A stretch of DNA of 64,000 nt, from assembly GCA_020184695.1 (NCBI GenBank), contig JAANOX010000153.1:310001-374000 (forward strand), given 5' to 3'. The DNA is from Histomonas meleagridis 2922-C6/04-290x (taxonomy: Eukaryota; Protista; Parabasalia). The notes under the pieces were generated by a model. It saw only the letters and a program-made list of their open reading frames with translations. It ran no database searches and had not been told where the DNA came from. Below, one piece after another: positions 1-11,439 of this stretch; positions within the stretch are counted from its first letter, which is position 1; each line of letters starts with the position of its first letter. A program made the position numbers and the translations under genes.

Positions 1-1469
1 CTTGCGAAAATCGCCTTCAGCACTTCGCCTTCGGTTACATTTATCTGCCGATTAATCGGAAAGTACACCGGAAGCCAACTTTCGAGGTTTTGTGTCCCAT
101 TATATGGAGATGTTGATAGGATAACATCATCGAAAAGTACTGTTTCAAACCATCCGCCAAACCCAGAGAGTTCGCCAGTGGCAGCAATGGTGAAACTAAA
201 CTCCTTTTTCTTGTACTTTTCATTATGGCCTGGATGTGAAAACTCTAAAAATGGCTGTGGTGAAGATAAGAGAATTGACGTCTTAAGTGGGGTGACAAGC
301 ATTTGTTGTAATTTTCCTTCATGAAATGATTTGCACCAAAGGTTTTGTGACATAAGTGGAACAATATAAGATGTATATTTTTGTGGAATTGAAATTGAAT
401 CAGATGATAAAAATCGTTCACAACCTTCAATACATTCAGGCGAGAGCTCATTATCCCCAAAACCGCCAAGTAATTCTGAAACTAATATGTCAACTTCGCG
501 TGGTAATTGAATTGTCCGCATATCTCCAAGAAATATTTCAACAGTACTTGGCCATTCTTTTTCTTTTCGCAATTGAAGAAGTTTAAAAGCATTTGGATTC
601 TTTTCAATCACAAAAATGTGCTTAGCACCAGCTCGAATTGCACAGTCAACGATAGGTCCACGACCCGCCCCAACAACCGCCAATTGTATTGAATCTTTTT
701 GACTTTTTTTTGCTTCGAGTGCTTTTTGGATTGCGAGCTGATATGAGAAATATTTAACTTTATCTGACTCAAACATCTCATAAAATGATGATTTTAAGTT
801 TATGCTTGTTGTTTGAATTGGAGTTTGTAATAAATTATTTGCTTTTGATTTTGGTGTTGCTGAAATAAGAGAATACAATGAAGCAAATATACTTGGAAAA
901 CCTGTAGTTGTAGGTTTGATAAAGACAGGAATAGAGCGTTCAAAAAACATAATTAATAAATTTTGGAATACATCATTCAATGAATAATCTGCTAAAAAAT
1001 GGTCTTGTGTAAGTGATACTGAGTATGTGTTTGCAGTCATCCATAATGATGCAGCTTCAATGTTGAGTTCAAGTTGTGGTGAAACAAAAAGATTTGGAGG
1101 ATTCCCACAAATTTCTGAAAACTTAAGCCACAACCCAAAGTTGCTTGTTAAAGCAGAGAATTTTATGTGCGGGAATTTTACAATTTGTGTTAGAAGATCA
1201 GAAGCAAATTTGAAAATATTTGAGGTATCAATATTAAAATATATAACTTTTGCTGAAAGATAATCACATAAGCTAATATCTTCATAGTTTATTTGGTTGA
1301 TTTCTATTCCTAATTCTGGAATTTGACTTGATTTTAATAAAGTAGGTGAATTCAACGAGGTTCTAATCGAATCAATATTTGTTCTGCATAAAGCTTGAGT
1401 AAAACTTTTTAGTAGATGTGATATTTTCGGATATTCCGATATTTCTTGGCATATAACACCAAACAACAT
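1..1469 (-). CDS. PRMT5: Protein arginine N-methyltransferase 5 (Skb1/Hsl7 family), 3'-partial (runs off window start)
   Basis: Manual translation of the minus strand from ATG at 1469 is open to base 1, and is absent from the ORF track because it has no stop. It contains FESDKVKY..YQLAI, VVGAGRGPIV, VIEKNPNA, GDMR, DILVSELLGGFGDNELSPEC and a C-terminal GFGGWF/SWLPVYFP. Confidence 0.92.
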   Translation of the reverse strand, partial: MLFGVICQEISEYPKISHLLKSFTQALCRTNIDSIRTSLNSPTLLKSSQIPELGIEINQINYEDISLCDYLSAKVIYFNIDTSNIFKFASDLLTQIVKFPHIKFSALTSNFGLWLKFSEICGNPPNLFVSPQLELNIEAASLWMTANTYSVSLTQDHFLADYSLNDVFQNLLIMFFERSIPVFIKPTTTGFPSIFASLYSLISATPKSKANNLLQTPIQTTSINLKSSFYEMFESDKVKYFSYQLAIQKALEAKKSQKDSIQLAVVGAGRGPIVDCAIRAGAKHIFVIEKNPNAFKLLQLRKEKEWPSTVEIFLGDMRTIQLPREVDILVSELLGGFGDNELSPECIEGCERFLSSDSISIPQKYTSYIVPLMSQNLWCKSFHEGKLQQMLVTPLKTSILLSSPQPFLEFSHPGHNEKYKKKEFSFTIAATGELSGFGGWFETVLFDDVILSTSPYNGTQNLESWLPVYFPINRQINVTEGEVLKAIFA

Positions 1470-1578
1470 TAGTTTTGCCGGCAAAATTAGCCGTTTAAAA
1501 AAGTTCAAATTAACTTTTCAAAAATTTTGTTGTTAACTTTTTCATAAAAGTTTGGTTGGTCGTGATTTTATTTTAGAA

Positions 1579-1950
1579 ATGCTTGCCTTTTCTTCTTATC
1601 ATCGTTTTTTCCCTGTCGGGTACTCTGCATTTGTTAACGATGGGGAATTCAAAGAAAAAGCTGCTCAGTTGTTTTCTGATATGAGCGATATTTTATCAGA
1701 TAAATACCAAAATTTAGGAGACAACTTTTATGTGGATGCAACTGATGAAGCACTAACAATAAAAGTCAAAAACTGTAACTTTCTTTTAAGCAGACAAACG
1801 CCAAACCATCAAATCTGGTTTTCAACACCAATTTCGGGTTCGCTAAAATTTGACTTTGACTCTGATGCACAAAAGTGGGTTTGCAACAAAAATAAGCACT
1901 TAGATCTGGATACTTGCTTGGAAAAAGAAATTGCTGTTTCCTTAAAATAA
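1579..1950 (+). CDS. FXN: Frataxin (CyaY family), probably hydrogenosomal
   Basis: LTIK..FLLSRQTPNHQIWFSTPISGSLKFD is the frataxin signature. The first ATG gives MLAFSSYHRF, resembling a short hydrogenosomal presequence (ML..R/F). Confidence 0.88.
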   Translation: MLAFSSYHRFFPVGYSAFVNDGEFKEKAAQLFSDMSDILSDKYQNLGDNFYVDATDEALTIKVKNCNFLLSRQTPNHQIWFSTPISGSLKFDFDSDAQKWVCNKNKHLDLDTCLEKEIAVSLK

Positions 1951-2214
1951 AAACAAATTTTATAATAAAATAAAGATACACAATCTGAAAACTGTATCAA
2001 CAAAATGAATATGCCTTAATAATTTTTAGTTAATTTATTTCTTTTGTGAATTTGATGAAAATGTTTTTGATTTCCGATAAGACATTTCACATTTCAAATG
2101 TTTTACTTTTAATTACAGACTTTTAATCTTTTATTAAATCGACTCACCTTTAAGAATTGCTCCCATTTGAAATTGATATACTTCAAATTTATTTGAAACA
2201 TTTGTGTAGCAGAC

Positions 2215-2440
2215 GCTGCACTTATGTATGCTGTTAAATATGGTTATATAGAAGTAGTTAAATTGTTTTTCCAACAAGAAAAAATTGATACTAATATCAA
2301 AAATGTTGAATTTTATTATTTAATAATGATTTAAATAGGTGATGACTTAAACAGCATTTATGAACGTTTCTGAGAATGGTTACGAAAAAATCAAGAAATT
2401 ACTAATTGAATTGAAAAAAAATATACAAAGTAAAAATTGT
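2215..2440 (+). pseudogene. Relic ankyrin-repeat array (two units) with intervening AT-rich spacer
   Basis: AALMYAVKYGYIEVVKLFFQQEKIDTNIKN, then a 46-nt gap, then TAFMNVSENGYEKIKKLLIE in another frame. No start codon. Confidence 0.6.
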
Positions 2441-2762
2441 TCATATTTGTAAGCAATTAGATTTTCATGTTATTCTATATAATAATGAAACTTTTTGTCT
2501 CTTCCTTGTAGATGCATAAAACGATCTTTTTCTATAATTTTTAACTGTAATTATAAACTTTCCAAATTGGTTTTTAAATTTTTTTTGGAATTGTTGGATG
2601 AAATACATTTAAAATTTTAAGAAATTAAATTATGTTCCTGTCATGATTTATTAAATTGTTAAACAATTATTGTTGATCTTATTTGCGGAATGGTGTTTCA
2701 CTGGCTGTGATCCGGACCACCCCAATTTCTAAGCCGATGATTTACATTTAAAAAGTCGAATT

Positions 2763-2769
2763 AACGGTT
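2763..2769 (+). promoter_or_regulatory. AACGGTT core-promoter motif (resembles Trichomonas M3 element); example instance
   Basis: The same motif lies a short distance upstream of several ATGs: 1489-95 (-, AACGGCT), 16867-73, 30425-31 (-) and 46434-40. Confidence 0.5.
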
Positions 2770-2786
2770 GATTGCAATCACACCAA

Positions 2787-3173
2787 ATGTCAGATCAAAA
2801 AACAGGAGCAGCAGGAATTAAAATAACAGAAGCAAATCTCGGAAATAATGAACAATTCGATGAAGTTGTTACAAATTTGGAAATTTATTCACAATCAATT
2901 GTAAGATCTTTCGAAGAAGTTACTTCAAGAATTCATACAAAGCTGAATAATTCCGGATCATCTGCAATAGCCAAGCTCAATATGCTCGAGTCATCTAGAG
3001 AATCATTAAATAACCTCATTAAAATGAATTCAGAAGAATTAGATCAAATTATTGCCGAGGTTGAGGAAATCACAAAAGAACTTCAAAGTCTTGATTCTCT
3101 AGAAAACGAAATTCTTCTGCTTTCTGATCTTCTTACAACAGTTGAAGATAACGTTAAATGTAAACCACAATAA
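2787..3173 (+). CDS. Small coiled-coil protein (possibly BLOC-1/BORC subunit-like)
   Basis: 128-aa ORF from ATG with heptad-like helical pattern and an AACGGTT motif 18 nt upstream. The family guess is weak. Confidence 0.55.
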   Translation: MSDQKTGAAGIKITEANLGNNEQFDEVVTNLEIYSQSIVRSFEEVTSRIHTKLNNSGSSAIAKLNMLESSRESLNNLIKMNSEELDQIIAEVEEITKELQSLDSLENEILLLSDLLTTVEDNVKCKPQ

Positions 3174-3515
3174 ATATCATTATTTTGTTTTATTTTATTC
3201 TTTATTTTTATAAAGAAAGTGAATCTCATTCTGAGCCATCATCAAATGGAGATAAAAAAAAAATCAGTATAAAACATGATCTATAACCTTCAGAACAAAA
3301 ATAATTTATAGAATGTGTAATTAACAAAATAACGCAGAATTGTTGTTTATTTTTATCTCAAATAGTTAATTTTGTTTTAGAGATCATAAGTTATGATTAA
3401 AATGAATGTTTTACATTAAAAGTGGAATACCCTGAATACGTTAAATCATTTCACTTTTTCCGACAGCAAAGAAGCCGATAGTTGGCCAAACAAACATAGT
3501 TAATCACTATACCAA

Positions 3516-4139
3516 ATGTCAGGATCAATTGATACACAGAATGGATCTACAATGGTTGCAATGGCAGGTGATCATTGTGTTGCCATTGCTGCAGATAAAA
3601 GGCTTGGCGCTCAAATGCAGACAGTTTCAACGAATTGTAAGAAAATATTTCAAATTAATGACTTAATATTCATTGGATTAAGTGGACTTATGACTGATAC
3701 TGACACTGTACATGAAAAATTAAGGCACGAAGTAAATCTTCTTGAATTACGTGAAGAACGCCAATTAGATCCAAAACGTTTCATTAATCTTGTAAAATCT
3801 CTTCTTTACAAGCATCGCTTTGGTCCATACTTTGTACAGCCAATCATTGCCGGTCTTGAACCAGGAACTAATAATCCAGTTCTTGCAACATCAGATAGCA
3901 TTGGCGCTATGACAGAGCCAAATGATTTTGCTGTAGCAGGAACTTCATCTGATTCTCTTTATGGTATTTGCGAAAGCCTTTGGAGACCAGGAATGAACCC
4001 AGATGAACTATTCAAGACTATTTCTACCTGTTTAATTTCTGCGATTGAACGTGATGGTCTTAGTGGTTGGGGTGGAATTGTTTATATTATGACGCCAGAT
4101 CAGATTATCACAAAAGAGATCAAAACACGTATGGACTAA
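3516..4139 (+). CDS. PSMB3: 20S proteasome subunit beta type-3
   Basis: NGSTMVAMAGDHCVAIAADKRLG, RFGPYFVQPIIAGL, LYGICESLWRPGM, ERDGLSGWG, C-terminal KTRMD. Confidence 0.96.
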   Translation: MSGSIDTQNGSTMVAMAGDHCVAIAADKRLGAQMQTVSTNCKKIFQINDLIFIGLSGLMTDTDTVHEKLRHEVNLLELREERQLDPKRFINLVKSLLYKHRFGPYFVQPIIAGLEPGTNNPVLATSDSIGAMTEPNDFAVAGTSSDSLYGICESLWRPGMNPDELFKTISTCLISAIERDGLSGWGGIVYIMTPDQIITKEIKTRMD

Positions 4140-4422
4140 ACAATTCAATTCTTTGATACTTTAATTCTGCTCTTTTATTGTTTAAAACATTATTATTTAC
4201 AAGATGACTTTTAAACAATACAAACCGATAGGAAATTTATTGGCGTAAAAAATCGTTTTTTCCAATAGAAAATCCTATCGTCGGTCTCTTTCAAGTTCAA
4301 ACTGATCAAAAAAAATTGTGAGCGTACCGAACATTTTTAATTCAATTTGAATGGTTTTTTAAAAAGTGAATGTCCGTAAAACAAGTTGAACTTTTCACTA
4401 CTTTACTGCAAAAAGCGGGAAA

Positions 4423-7400
4423 ATGCCTTCTCCACAGTCACTCAAGAGCAAACTCAAATATATTCTGAAGGACAAATCATTTTCACCAAAAGCATTCATT
4501 GGAAATGGCTTTAGTGAATACCTTCATCAAGTACTAGATTGTTTAAATAGTTACACAACTGATTTAAATACGCAAAAATCAAAATCTAAGAAAGAAAGAG
4601 AAAAAACATTGAACCAAATTTTTAAAACATTTTCAAAGATATTTCCTTCTCTTACAGAAAGCTCAATTCTTAATAATGCACTTTCATTAAATTCTATTTT
4701 TTCAATTTTAATTCATCCATTTTCTCCCGAAAGTATTCGCAACACAGCATTAAATTTATTTCTCCAAATGATAGTTCTTGTTGATGAACCTAACTTAACA
4801 TTATTTCATGAGCCATTAACATTCATGATTCCATATAATAGGTTTTCACGTGATTCTGTTGAAGAAGGGAATCTTTTGACTCTTTCACGTAATGTCAAAC
4901 CCATTTATAATTTTGATCCTAATACTTCCACATTAGAATCAGCAGAATCACAACTCCAAATGATATTAAATTTCATTAATAATAACTGGTCTGCTTTTCC
5001 TAAGATCTGTGTACATATTCTTTCCAAATATATTCTTTCAATTACATTTCATGTATCAGTAGATAAACTTCGAAGTTCTGTTTTAGGTGTTGGCTTTAAT
5101 AGTCCACCACCGGAGCAATTTGTAGCTCATCTTTATTCCTTTATAATCCAATTTAATGACATTGAAAATGACATAACGCCAATTTCACAATCGATTCCGA
5201 TGCTTTCGATTTTTTTATTCTTCTTTGAAGAAACTATACCCAATTTAAACAAACGTGGAATGATAGCTGTGTTGAAATTTTTAACATCTCTTGTGAAAAT
5301 AACGAATTTATTTATAACATCTATCGATAGTATCGTTGAAGTGATTAAAATTTTGTTGTTAATTTTGGATAATCCTGATCCTGAGAATACAATTGTATTA
5401 AAAATTGCTGAGCGTTTTGTTCTTGCATTTTTTAATTCCATTTTTGATACGCTTGAAAATGAAAAGATTGAAGAGTTTTTTACAATGATATTTAAGAATT
5501 TTGTTGATAAAAAAGTCGGAATTTCATTTTTCTTTGGGTTTTTATTACAGTTTTTCACATCGAATAAAATCAAATTACAAAAAATGATACGAACAATCAT
5601 TGATAGTAATATAATTTATTCAGCAGTTGCATGTAAATATTCGCAATATTTTGCAATCGAATCATTTTCAACAATTATCGATTTGTCATTAGATGAAGCA
5701 GCCGAATATTGTAATAAATATTTCCATCTTAAGAAAAGCGAAGAAATATCATCGAAAAAAGATTGGCTATTTATAAGTTTCAAAAAAATTCATACCGAAC
5801 AATTACTTATGTCGATTCCTGAGATATCATTTGAATGGGAGAAACATAAAAACTTTCAAAAGTTTCTTTCTTTTGTTAATGTTCCAAAAATTACATCAAT
5901 TGATCAATCAATGATTACTTATTACATTTCTTTTTATGATAATTCTACAGAGAATTTAAGTTTACCATTAATATCATATTTTTATTCATTAACAAAATTA
6001 AACATTGTACCAATCGAAATCAAATATAATGAATTTGGAGTAATTTCATTAACATTTGAACATTTAATGAATATTATTCTTGAGCAAAAACATTCACATA
6101 TATCATTTATAGCTTTTAAAGTATTAAATAAATTAATCTCAAAGAATATAATGCGGAATTGTTTAGAAATTAATGCGTTGACTCAATGGTATTTAATAAT
6201 TATCATAATGTTATTAAATAAAAGAGAAGAAATACGTACAAAAGCATTTAGTGCTTCATTTAAAGCAATTAAATGTGGATTTTCTGGATCACAATTTTTA
6301 ATACCAATTTTAATTTATTTAATAAAAATCGGGAAATTAAAAATCAATAAAGAAATTATTGGTTTTTTATCATCATTTCCATTATTTATTAATTCATTTA
6401 ATTTTCCAGATGAATTTCTTGATGAAGTTAAAACATATTTAGTTAATAAAAAAGGAAAAGTTTTATCAAGTTACGAAAAAATTTTAGATTTTAAATCCGA
6501 TAATTTAATTGATATAATAATTTCCATCTTAAATAAAATATCGTTTAATGATTTCCCGATAATTATAACTTCATATATAACATTAATATCATTTGAATTA
6601 ATCAACGAGAAAAGAAATGAAAAATATATAAAAATTTCATTTGATAAAATTATCGAAGGAATTAATCAAAGACAACCAAATGTTTTAATATATTTATTAA
6701 GTTCTTTACCTATATTTCATTTACTTTCTGATATATATTCGAATGAAACAAATAATTTCATACAGAAAGTTACCGAAATATGTATAAACATAAAAGAAAA
6801 TGATAATTTACAATGGAAGAATTTGCTTTTATTTTATTGTTCTTCATTATATATTTATAATTATAAAATCACATTTAAATCGAATTCTTATAATGAATTT
6901 ATACATTTCCTAATCGAAACTAAAACTTCATCTGAAAAAGCACTTATTTTATTAGTTTCATATTATGGACTTTATCCATTTAATCAATCAATAAACTTTG
7001 CTACTAATTTTGATTTAATGTCACAAAACATTTTTGTTGATTCTTCAACAAAAAAGTTTTATGTTCCTTCAACAAATGGTTTAACATGTTTAAATCAATC
7101 AGGTGTTATACATTGGGAATTCTCTATTCCTAAAATGAAAACTATTAATAAAAATGATAATAATAATAAAACGGATAAAGTGGAAATCAATAAAATTGGT
7201 AAAATGCCAATTCCTGTTTTCCAACAAAACTTTACAAGGCCATTAAAAGAAGTGTTAAAAATTATAAACACAAATTCCGATTTAAGGAAATCAATTCATT
7301 CAGTTTCTACAATACAACAAACAATAGAAACGATAAAAAGAATTGATACCGCTTATGAAAGTATATTAGATATCGAACAACCTGTTGTTAACGATGTAAA

Positions 7401-8151
7401 GGAAAGTATTTCCCCTTTACAGAAATTAACACCTTTATCATTGTTAGGGATTATTAATCCTTTGGAATCAAGAACATTTAAAATGATTTTGAAAAATAAA
7501 AATTCAAATAAATTCTTAAACGAATTCCAGGATAATATAGCTAGGAAACATTTAGAAGTCGGTATATTATTCATGGATGATAAAAGAGTGTCTCAAGAAC
7601 AAATATTTGAAATAGATACAGAGCAAACAACAGAAAAATTTAAAGAGTTTTTGCTCTCAATTGGAAATCAAATTGAAGTGCCAAACGGTTACGACGGCTT
7701 CACAAGCTCAAACAAGTTTTTGAATGTTTTATTATACTCGGACTTGTTATTTGAAATATCGTTCCATGTGCCGTCACTTTTCAAACCGTCACTTGATGAC
7801 CCTCATAAAACAAAGAAAATGAAACAAATTTTAAAGGACTTGGTGATAATTGTATGGATAGAAAATGGAAGAGACTTTGATGCTAGCCAAATTATATCAA
7901 AAACAAACAAAGTTTTTATCGTGATTTATCCTATTGATAATGGGTTGTTTAGAGTAGATATAATAATGAATGAAAAGGCACTCGCAAAGACACAAATAGT
8001 ACAGAAAAGAATGTTGCCGTTTTTGGTTCGTTCGAATATTATATTTATAAATGAGTTTATAAATCCGCAAACAAATAAAATGGAAATTCCAAGTCAAAGC
8101 GAAGAAATTGAACAAAGTTTGCATGATGCGTATATCAAAACATACTTTTGA
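4423..8151 (+). CDS. Large helical protein with C-terminal Rap/Ran-GAP domain (RalGAP-alpha/tuberin-like)
   Basis: C-terminal KHLEVGILF..QEQIF..KFKEFLLSIG..FEISFHVPSL..KKMKQILKDLVIIVW matches the Rap_GAP pattern. The N-terminus is HEAT-like. Confidence 0.75.
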   Translation: MPSPQSLKSKLKYILKDKSFSPKAFIGNGFSEYLHQVLDCLNSYTTDLNTQKSKSKKEREKTLNQIFKTFSKIFPSLTESSILNNALSLNSIFSILIHPFSPESIRNTALNLFLQMIVLVDEPNLTLFHEPLTFMIPYNRFSRDSVEEGNLLTLSRNVKPIYNFDPNTSTLESAESQLQMILNFINNNWSAFPKICVHILSKYILSITFHVSVDKLRSSVLGVGFNSPPPEQFVAHLYSFIIQFNDIENDITPISQSIPMLSIFLFFFEETIPNLNKRGMIAVLKFLTSLVKITNLFITSIDSIVEVIKILLLILDNPDPENTIVLKIAERFVLAFFNSIFDTLENEKIEEFFTMIFKNFVDKKVGISFFFGFLLQFFTSNKIKLQKMIRTIIDSNIIYSAVACKYSQYFAIESFSTIIDLSLDEAAEYCNKYFHLKKSEEISSKKDWLFISFKKIHTEQLLMSIPEISFEWEKHKNFQKFLSFVNVPKITSIDQSMITYYISFYDNSTENLSLPLISYFYSLTKLNIVPIEIKYNEFGVISLTFEHLMNIILEQKHSHISFIAFKVLNKLISKNIMRNCLEINALTQWYLIIIIMLLNKREEIRTKAFSASFKAIKCGFSGSQFLIPILIYLIKIGKLKINKEIIGFLSSFPLFINSFNFPDEFLDEVKTYLVNKKGKVLSSYEKILDFKSDNLIDIIISILNKISFNDFPIIITSYITLISFELINEKRNEKYIKISFDKIIEGINQRQPNVLIYLLSSLPIFHLLSDIYSNETNNFIQKVTEICINIKENDNLQWKNLLLFYCSSLYIYNYKITFKSNSYNEFIHFLIETKTSSEKALILLVSYYGLYPFNQSINFATNFDLMSQNIFVDSSTKKFYVPSTNGLTCLNQSGVIHWEFSIPKMKTINKNDNNNKTDKVEINKIGKMPIPVFQQNFTRPLKEVLKIINTNSDLRKSIHSVSTIQQTIETIKRIDTAYESILDIEQPVVNDVKESISPLQKLTPLSLLGIINPLESRTFKMILKNKNSNKFLNEFQDNIARKHLEVGILFMDDKRVSQEQIFEIDTEQTTEKFKEFLLSIGNQIEVPNGYDGFTSSNKFLNVLLYSDLLFEISFHVPSLFKPSLDDPHKTKKMKQILKDLVIIVWIENGRDFDASQIISKTNKVFIVIYPIDNGLFRVDIIMNEKALAKTQIVQKRMLPFLVRSNIIFINEFINPQTNKMEIPSQSEEIEQSLHDAYIKTYF

Positions 8152-8730
8152 ACATTGTTATTTAATGAAAATGAAAATATAATAAAAATTAGACTTTAAA
8201 ATAATATTTTTAGAATGTGAACAAAAAAGTGACAATAGTACCATTTAAATTATTTTGGTATTATAAATTGTGTTTTCTGAAGAAATTAACATCAATCAAT
8301 TAATTCCCATGAGTTTTTTGGATTAAGTGAATGAATTAAATCGAAATAAATCATTTATTTATAAATCAATCTCAGAAAAAGAAAGAATCATATGATTCCA
8401 TATATGGCATTGTTAATTTTTCCATTTATCATTAATTATAGGTTTGTTGATTACGATAAAAAATATCATAATTCTTAATAAATTGAAAAAGAATATTTAT
8501 AATATTTATAAAAGCATAAGTTAAAATGGACAAACTCAATTTCTATTTACGATAAATTCATAAACAAAGTTAATTTTATAAAATTAAACTATTTCTGCTT
8601 AAATTTTACTATTTCTTTACCCATTGATAGATAATTTCAAAGATGAAAAACTGTTTTCTCTCGATAAAAACTTTAGTAACGAAACATGAATTCCTAATAA
8701 ATATGAACAGATATGGATTTTATTAATCAA

Positions 8731-10821
8731 TTATAAAGGCGCGACTTTCAACACAAGTTTTACAAACACGAGCGACACTGTTGACACGAGTTTGATTAAT
8801 ATATTCAAAGATGGTCCTGAAGTATCCTTAAATGGATCACCGACAGTATCACCGATTACAGCCGCATTATGTTGTTCTGTATGTTTACCACCGAAGTGAT
8901 CACTTTCGATATATTTCTTTGCGTTATCCCAAGCGCCTCCAGAGTTCGACATGAAATTTGCAATACCGAAACCAGTGATAGTTGCGCCAACGAGTAAACC
9001 AACAACAGCATTCACGCCGAGTAATAATCCGATTACAATTGGCACCAACACAGCTAATACCGATGGTAATATCATTTCCTTTAAGGAACTTTTTGTACAT
9101 AAATTAACACATTTTTCATAGTCAGGTTGTGCTCTTTTCTCTTTTAATCCTTCGATTTCTTGGAATTGACGACGTACTTCTTTGATGATTGATTGCGCTG
9201 CTTTTTGTACCGCAGACATTGTTAATGAAGAGAATATAAATATTAACAAACAACCGATGAATAATCCGACTAAAACTGTTGGATTAGTAATGTTAAGATT
9301 TAAAGTTCCGCCATTTTCTTCAACCAAATCAACATATGAAACTATTAACGCTAATGCTGTTAACCCTGCAGAACCTATAGCGAAACCTTTACCTGTTGCA
9401 GCTGTTGTGTTCCCAAGTGAATCAAGTGAATCCGTACGTTCGCGAACTTCTTTTTCTAATCCTGCCATCTCTGCAATGCCACCAGCATTATCAGCAACTG
9501 GGCCATAAGCATCTGTTGCAAGAGTAATTCCAAGTGTTGATAACATTCCGACTGCTGATATTCCAATTCCATAAAGTCCTTTTCGGAATCCTTCTGGATC
9601 AGATACTGGATCTTTTGTTCCACCTGCCAAGAAATATGAAACTAAGATTGAGATACAAATGATTAAAATTGGTGCAATTGTTGATAACATTCCTAATGAT
9701 ATTCCACCGATTATAACTGTTGCAGGACCAGTATTAGTTGAAGCTGCAAGGTTTTTAGTTGGTTTATATGTATCAGATGTAAAGAACTCTGTGAAAAACC
9801 CAATGATACATCCTGCAATAATACCTGTTAATATTGCGCCATAAATACCCCAATCATAAATAATGAAATATGTAATTGGAATAGATACTGCTAATATTAT
9901 AATGGATGCTCCATATGTACCAAAACGTAATGATGTTAAAAGTTTCTTTTGAGTAGTGTTCTCTGATGTTCGAACAAAGAAACAACTAATAACAGATGAT
10001 AATATTCCTGCAGATGAAATGGCTATTGGTAAAAACATTCCAGAATAGCCATAACCTGCTGATGTTGATAAAGAAAATGTCGCAAGTATTGAGCCGACAT
10101 ATGATTCATATAAATCTGCTCCCATACCTGCTACATCTCCAACATTATCACCAACATTATCTGCAATAACAGCGGGATTTTGTGGATCATCTTCCGGAAT
10201 TCCTTCTTCTGTTTTTCCAACAATGTCAGCACCTACATCTGCTGCTTTGGTAAATATACCGCCTCCAACACGCGCAAATAATGCCATTGATGATGCACCC
10301 ATTCCAAACATAACCATTGTTCTAGAAATTTCATCTGAATTTTGATGAAAACCATAATATAATATGCAATACCAAATGCTAATATCAAGGATTCCTAATC
10401 CAACAACAGTGAAACCCATAACTGAACCAGATGCAAATGCAACTGTTAACCCTTCATTTAATGAAATCGATGCTGCTTCGGCAGTTCTTGAATTCGCATA
10501 GGTTGAGATTTTAAGACCAATAAATCCTGCAAGAGCACTCCAAATACCACTGGTAAGAAATGCAAATGGAACAAATGGTGAAAGATATTTAACAATTGCT
10601 AAAATTCCTAAAATAACTGCCATGATAACGAAAAATACTAGAACAACTTTGTATTGTGTCTTGATGTATGTGTTAGCACCTTTTCGAATCATATCTGCTA
10701 TGCCAATCATTTCTTCATTTCCTTCTGATCTTTTCATGACTCTTCGGGATTGTATAAATGCAAAGCCCAATGCAAGTACAGAAGCGATGAAGCCAATCCA
10801 AAACATATCTTGAAATTCCAT
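8731..10821 (-). CDS. hppA: Membrane-integral cation-translocating pyrophosphatase (K+-dependent; Na+- or Na+/H+-PPase-like motifs)
   Basis: [89 protein letters not shown], and many TM helices. Start taken at MEFQDM. Confidence 0.93.
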   Translation of the reverse strand: MEFQDMFWIGFIASVLALGFAFIQSRRVMKRSEGNEEMIGIADMIRKGANTYIKTQYKVVLVFFVIMAVILGILAIVKYLSPFVPFAFLTSGIWSALAGFIGLKISTYANSRTAEAASISLNEGLTVAFASGSVMGFTVVGLGILDISIWYCILYYGFHQNSDEISRTMVMFGMGASSMALFARVGGGIFTKAADVGADIVGKTEEGIPEDDPQNPAVIADNVGDNVGDVAGMGADLYESYVGSILATFSLSTSAGYGYSGMFLPIAISSAGILSSVISCFFVRTSENTTQKKLLTSLRFGTYGASIIILAVSIPITYFIIYDWGIYGAILTGIIAGCIIGFFTEFFTSDTYKPTKNLAASTNTGPATVIIGGISLGMLSTIAPILIICISILVSYFLAGGTKDPVSDPEGFRKGLYGIGISAVGMLSTLGITLATDAYGPVADNAGGIAEMAGLEKEVRERTDSLDSLGNTTAATGKGFAIGSAGLTALALIVSYVDLVEENGGTLNLNITNPTVLVGLFIGCLLIFIFSSLTMSAVQKAAQSIIKEVRRQFQEIEGLKEKRAQPDYEKCVNLCTKSSLKEMILPSVLAVLVPIVIGLLLGVNAVVGLLVGATITGFGIANFMSNSGGAWDNAKKYIESDHFGGKHTEQHNAAVIGDTVGDPFKDTSGPSLNILIKLVSTVSLVFVKLVLKVAPL

Positions 10822-11439
10822 AGGAATCTTACAAAAAAATAAAATGTTCAAATTGTGCCATTTAAATGAATGTCAAATCAACAGAATTTTTCAATGTAGG
10901 CAAGTGAGTTCAAATTTTCGATATTGCTCAGAAAATTGAATAAAGAACTAACCAATCTAAAATAACCGGAAAAATTTTTGGAGAAAAAATACTCCTTAAA
11001 TTTGCTCTGTTTTTGATGATTAATTCGAAAAATATGATTGTTAATATCACTTTTTATTTGATTTATTTTATCTTTAGGAATAAACATTAATATGTTTTAT
11101 GACGATGATTAAGATGAAGACGGTTCGTGTTATTTGCCAAAAAAAATTCTTGCTGTTATATCGTTATTGAAAAATTAAACTTGTTCAAAAAGTGCATTAC
11201 AAAAAAAATTTCACTTTTATGTTTTGTTGCAGCAGTTTACGTTGTAACCGTTTTGCACTTTTTTACATAAAACAAAAATAAATATTAAATAATATTAATG
11301 CAACACAGTGTTTTTGTTTTAAATGAAAAAGCTGTTGCTCAATTTTCCAAACGTAAACTGTATTTTAATTTCATAAAGAATTTTGAAAAATATTTGAAGA
11401 AATTAATAAAGTAATACCAATAGCAAATTTCCTTCTTAT

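Noticed and set aside
41-1263. Short ORFs listed in the track over this region, and other short antisense or overlapping ORFs throughout
   Set aside because: They are shadows of real genes (here PRMT5 on the minus strand) with no motifs of their own.
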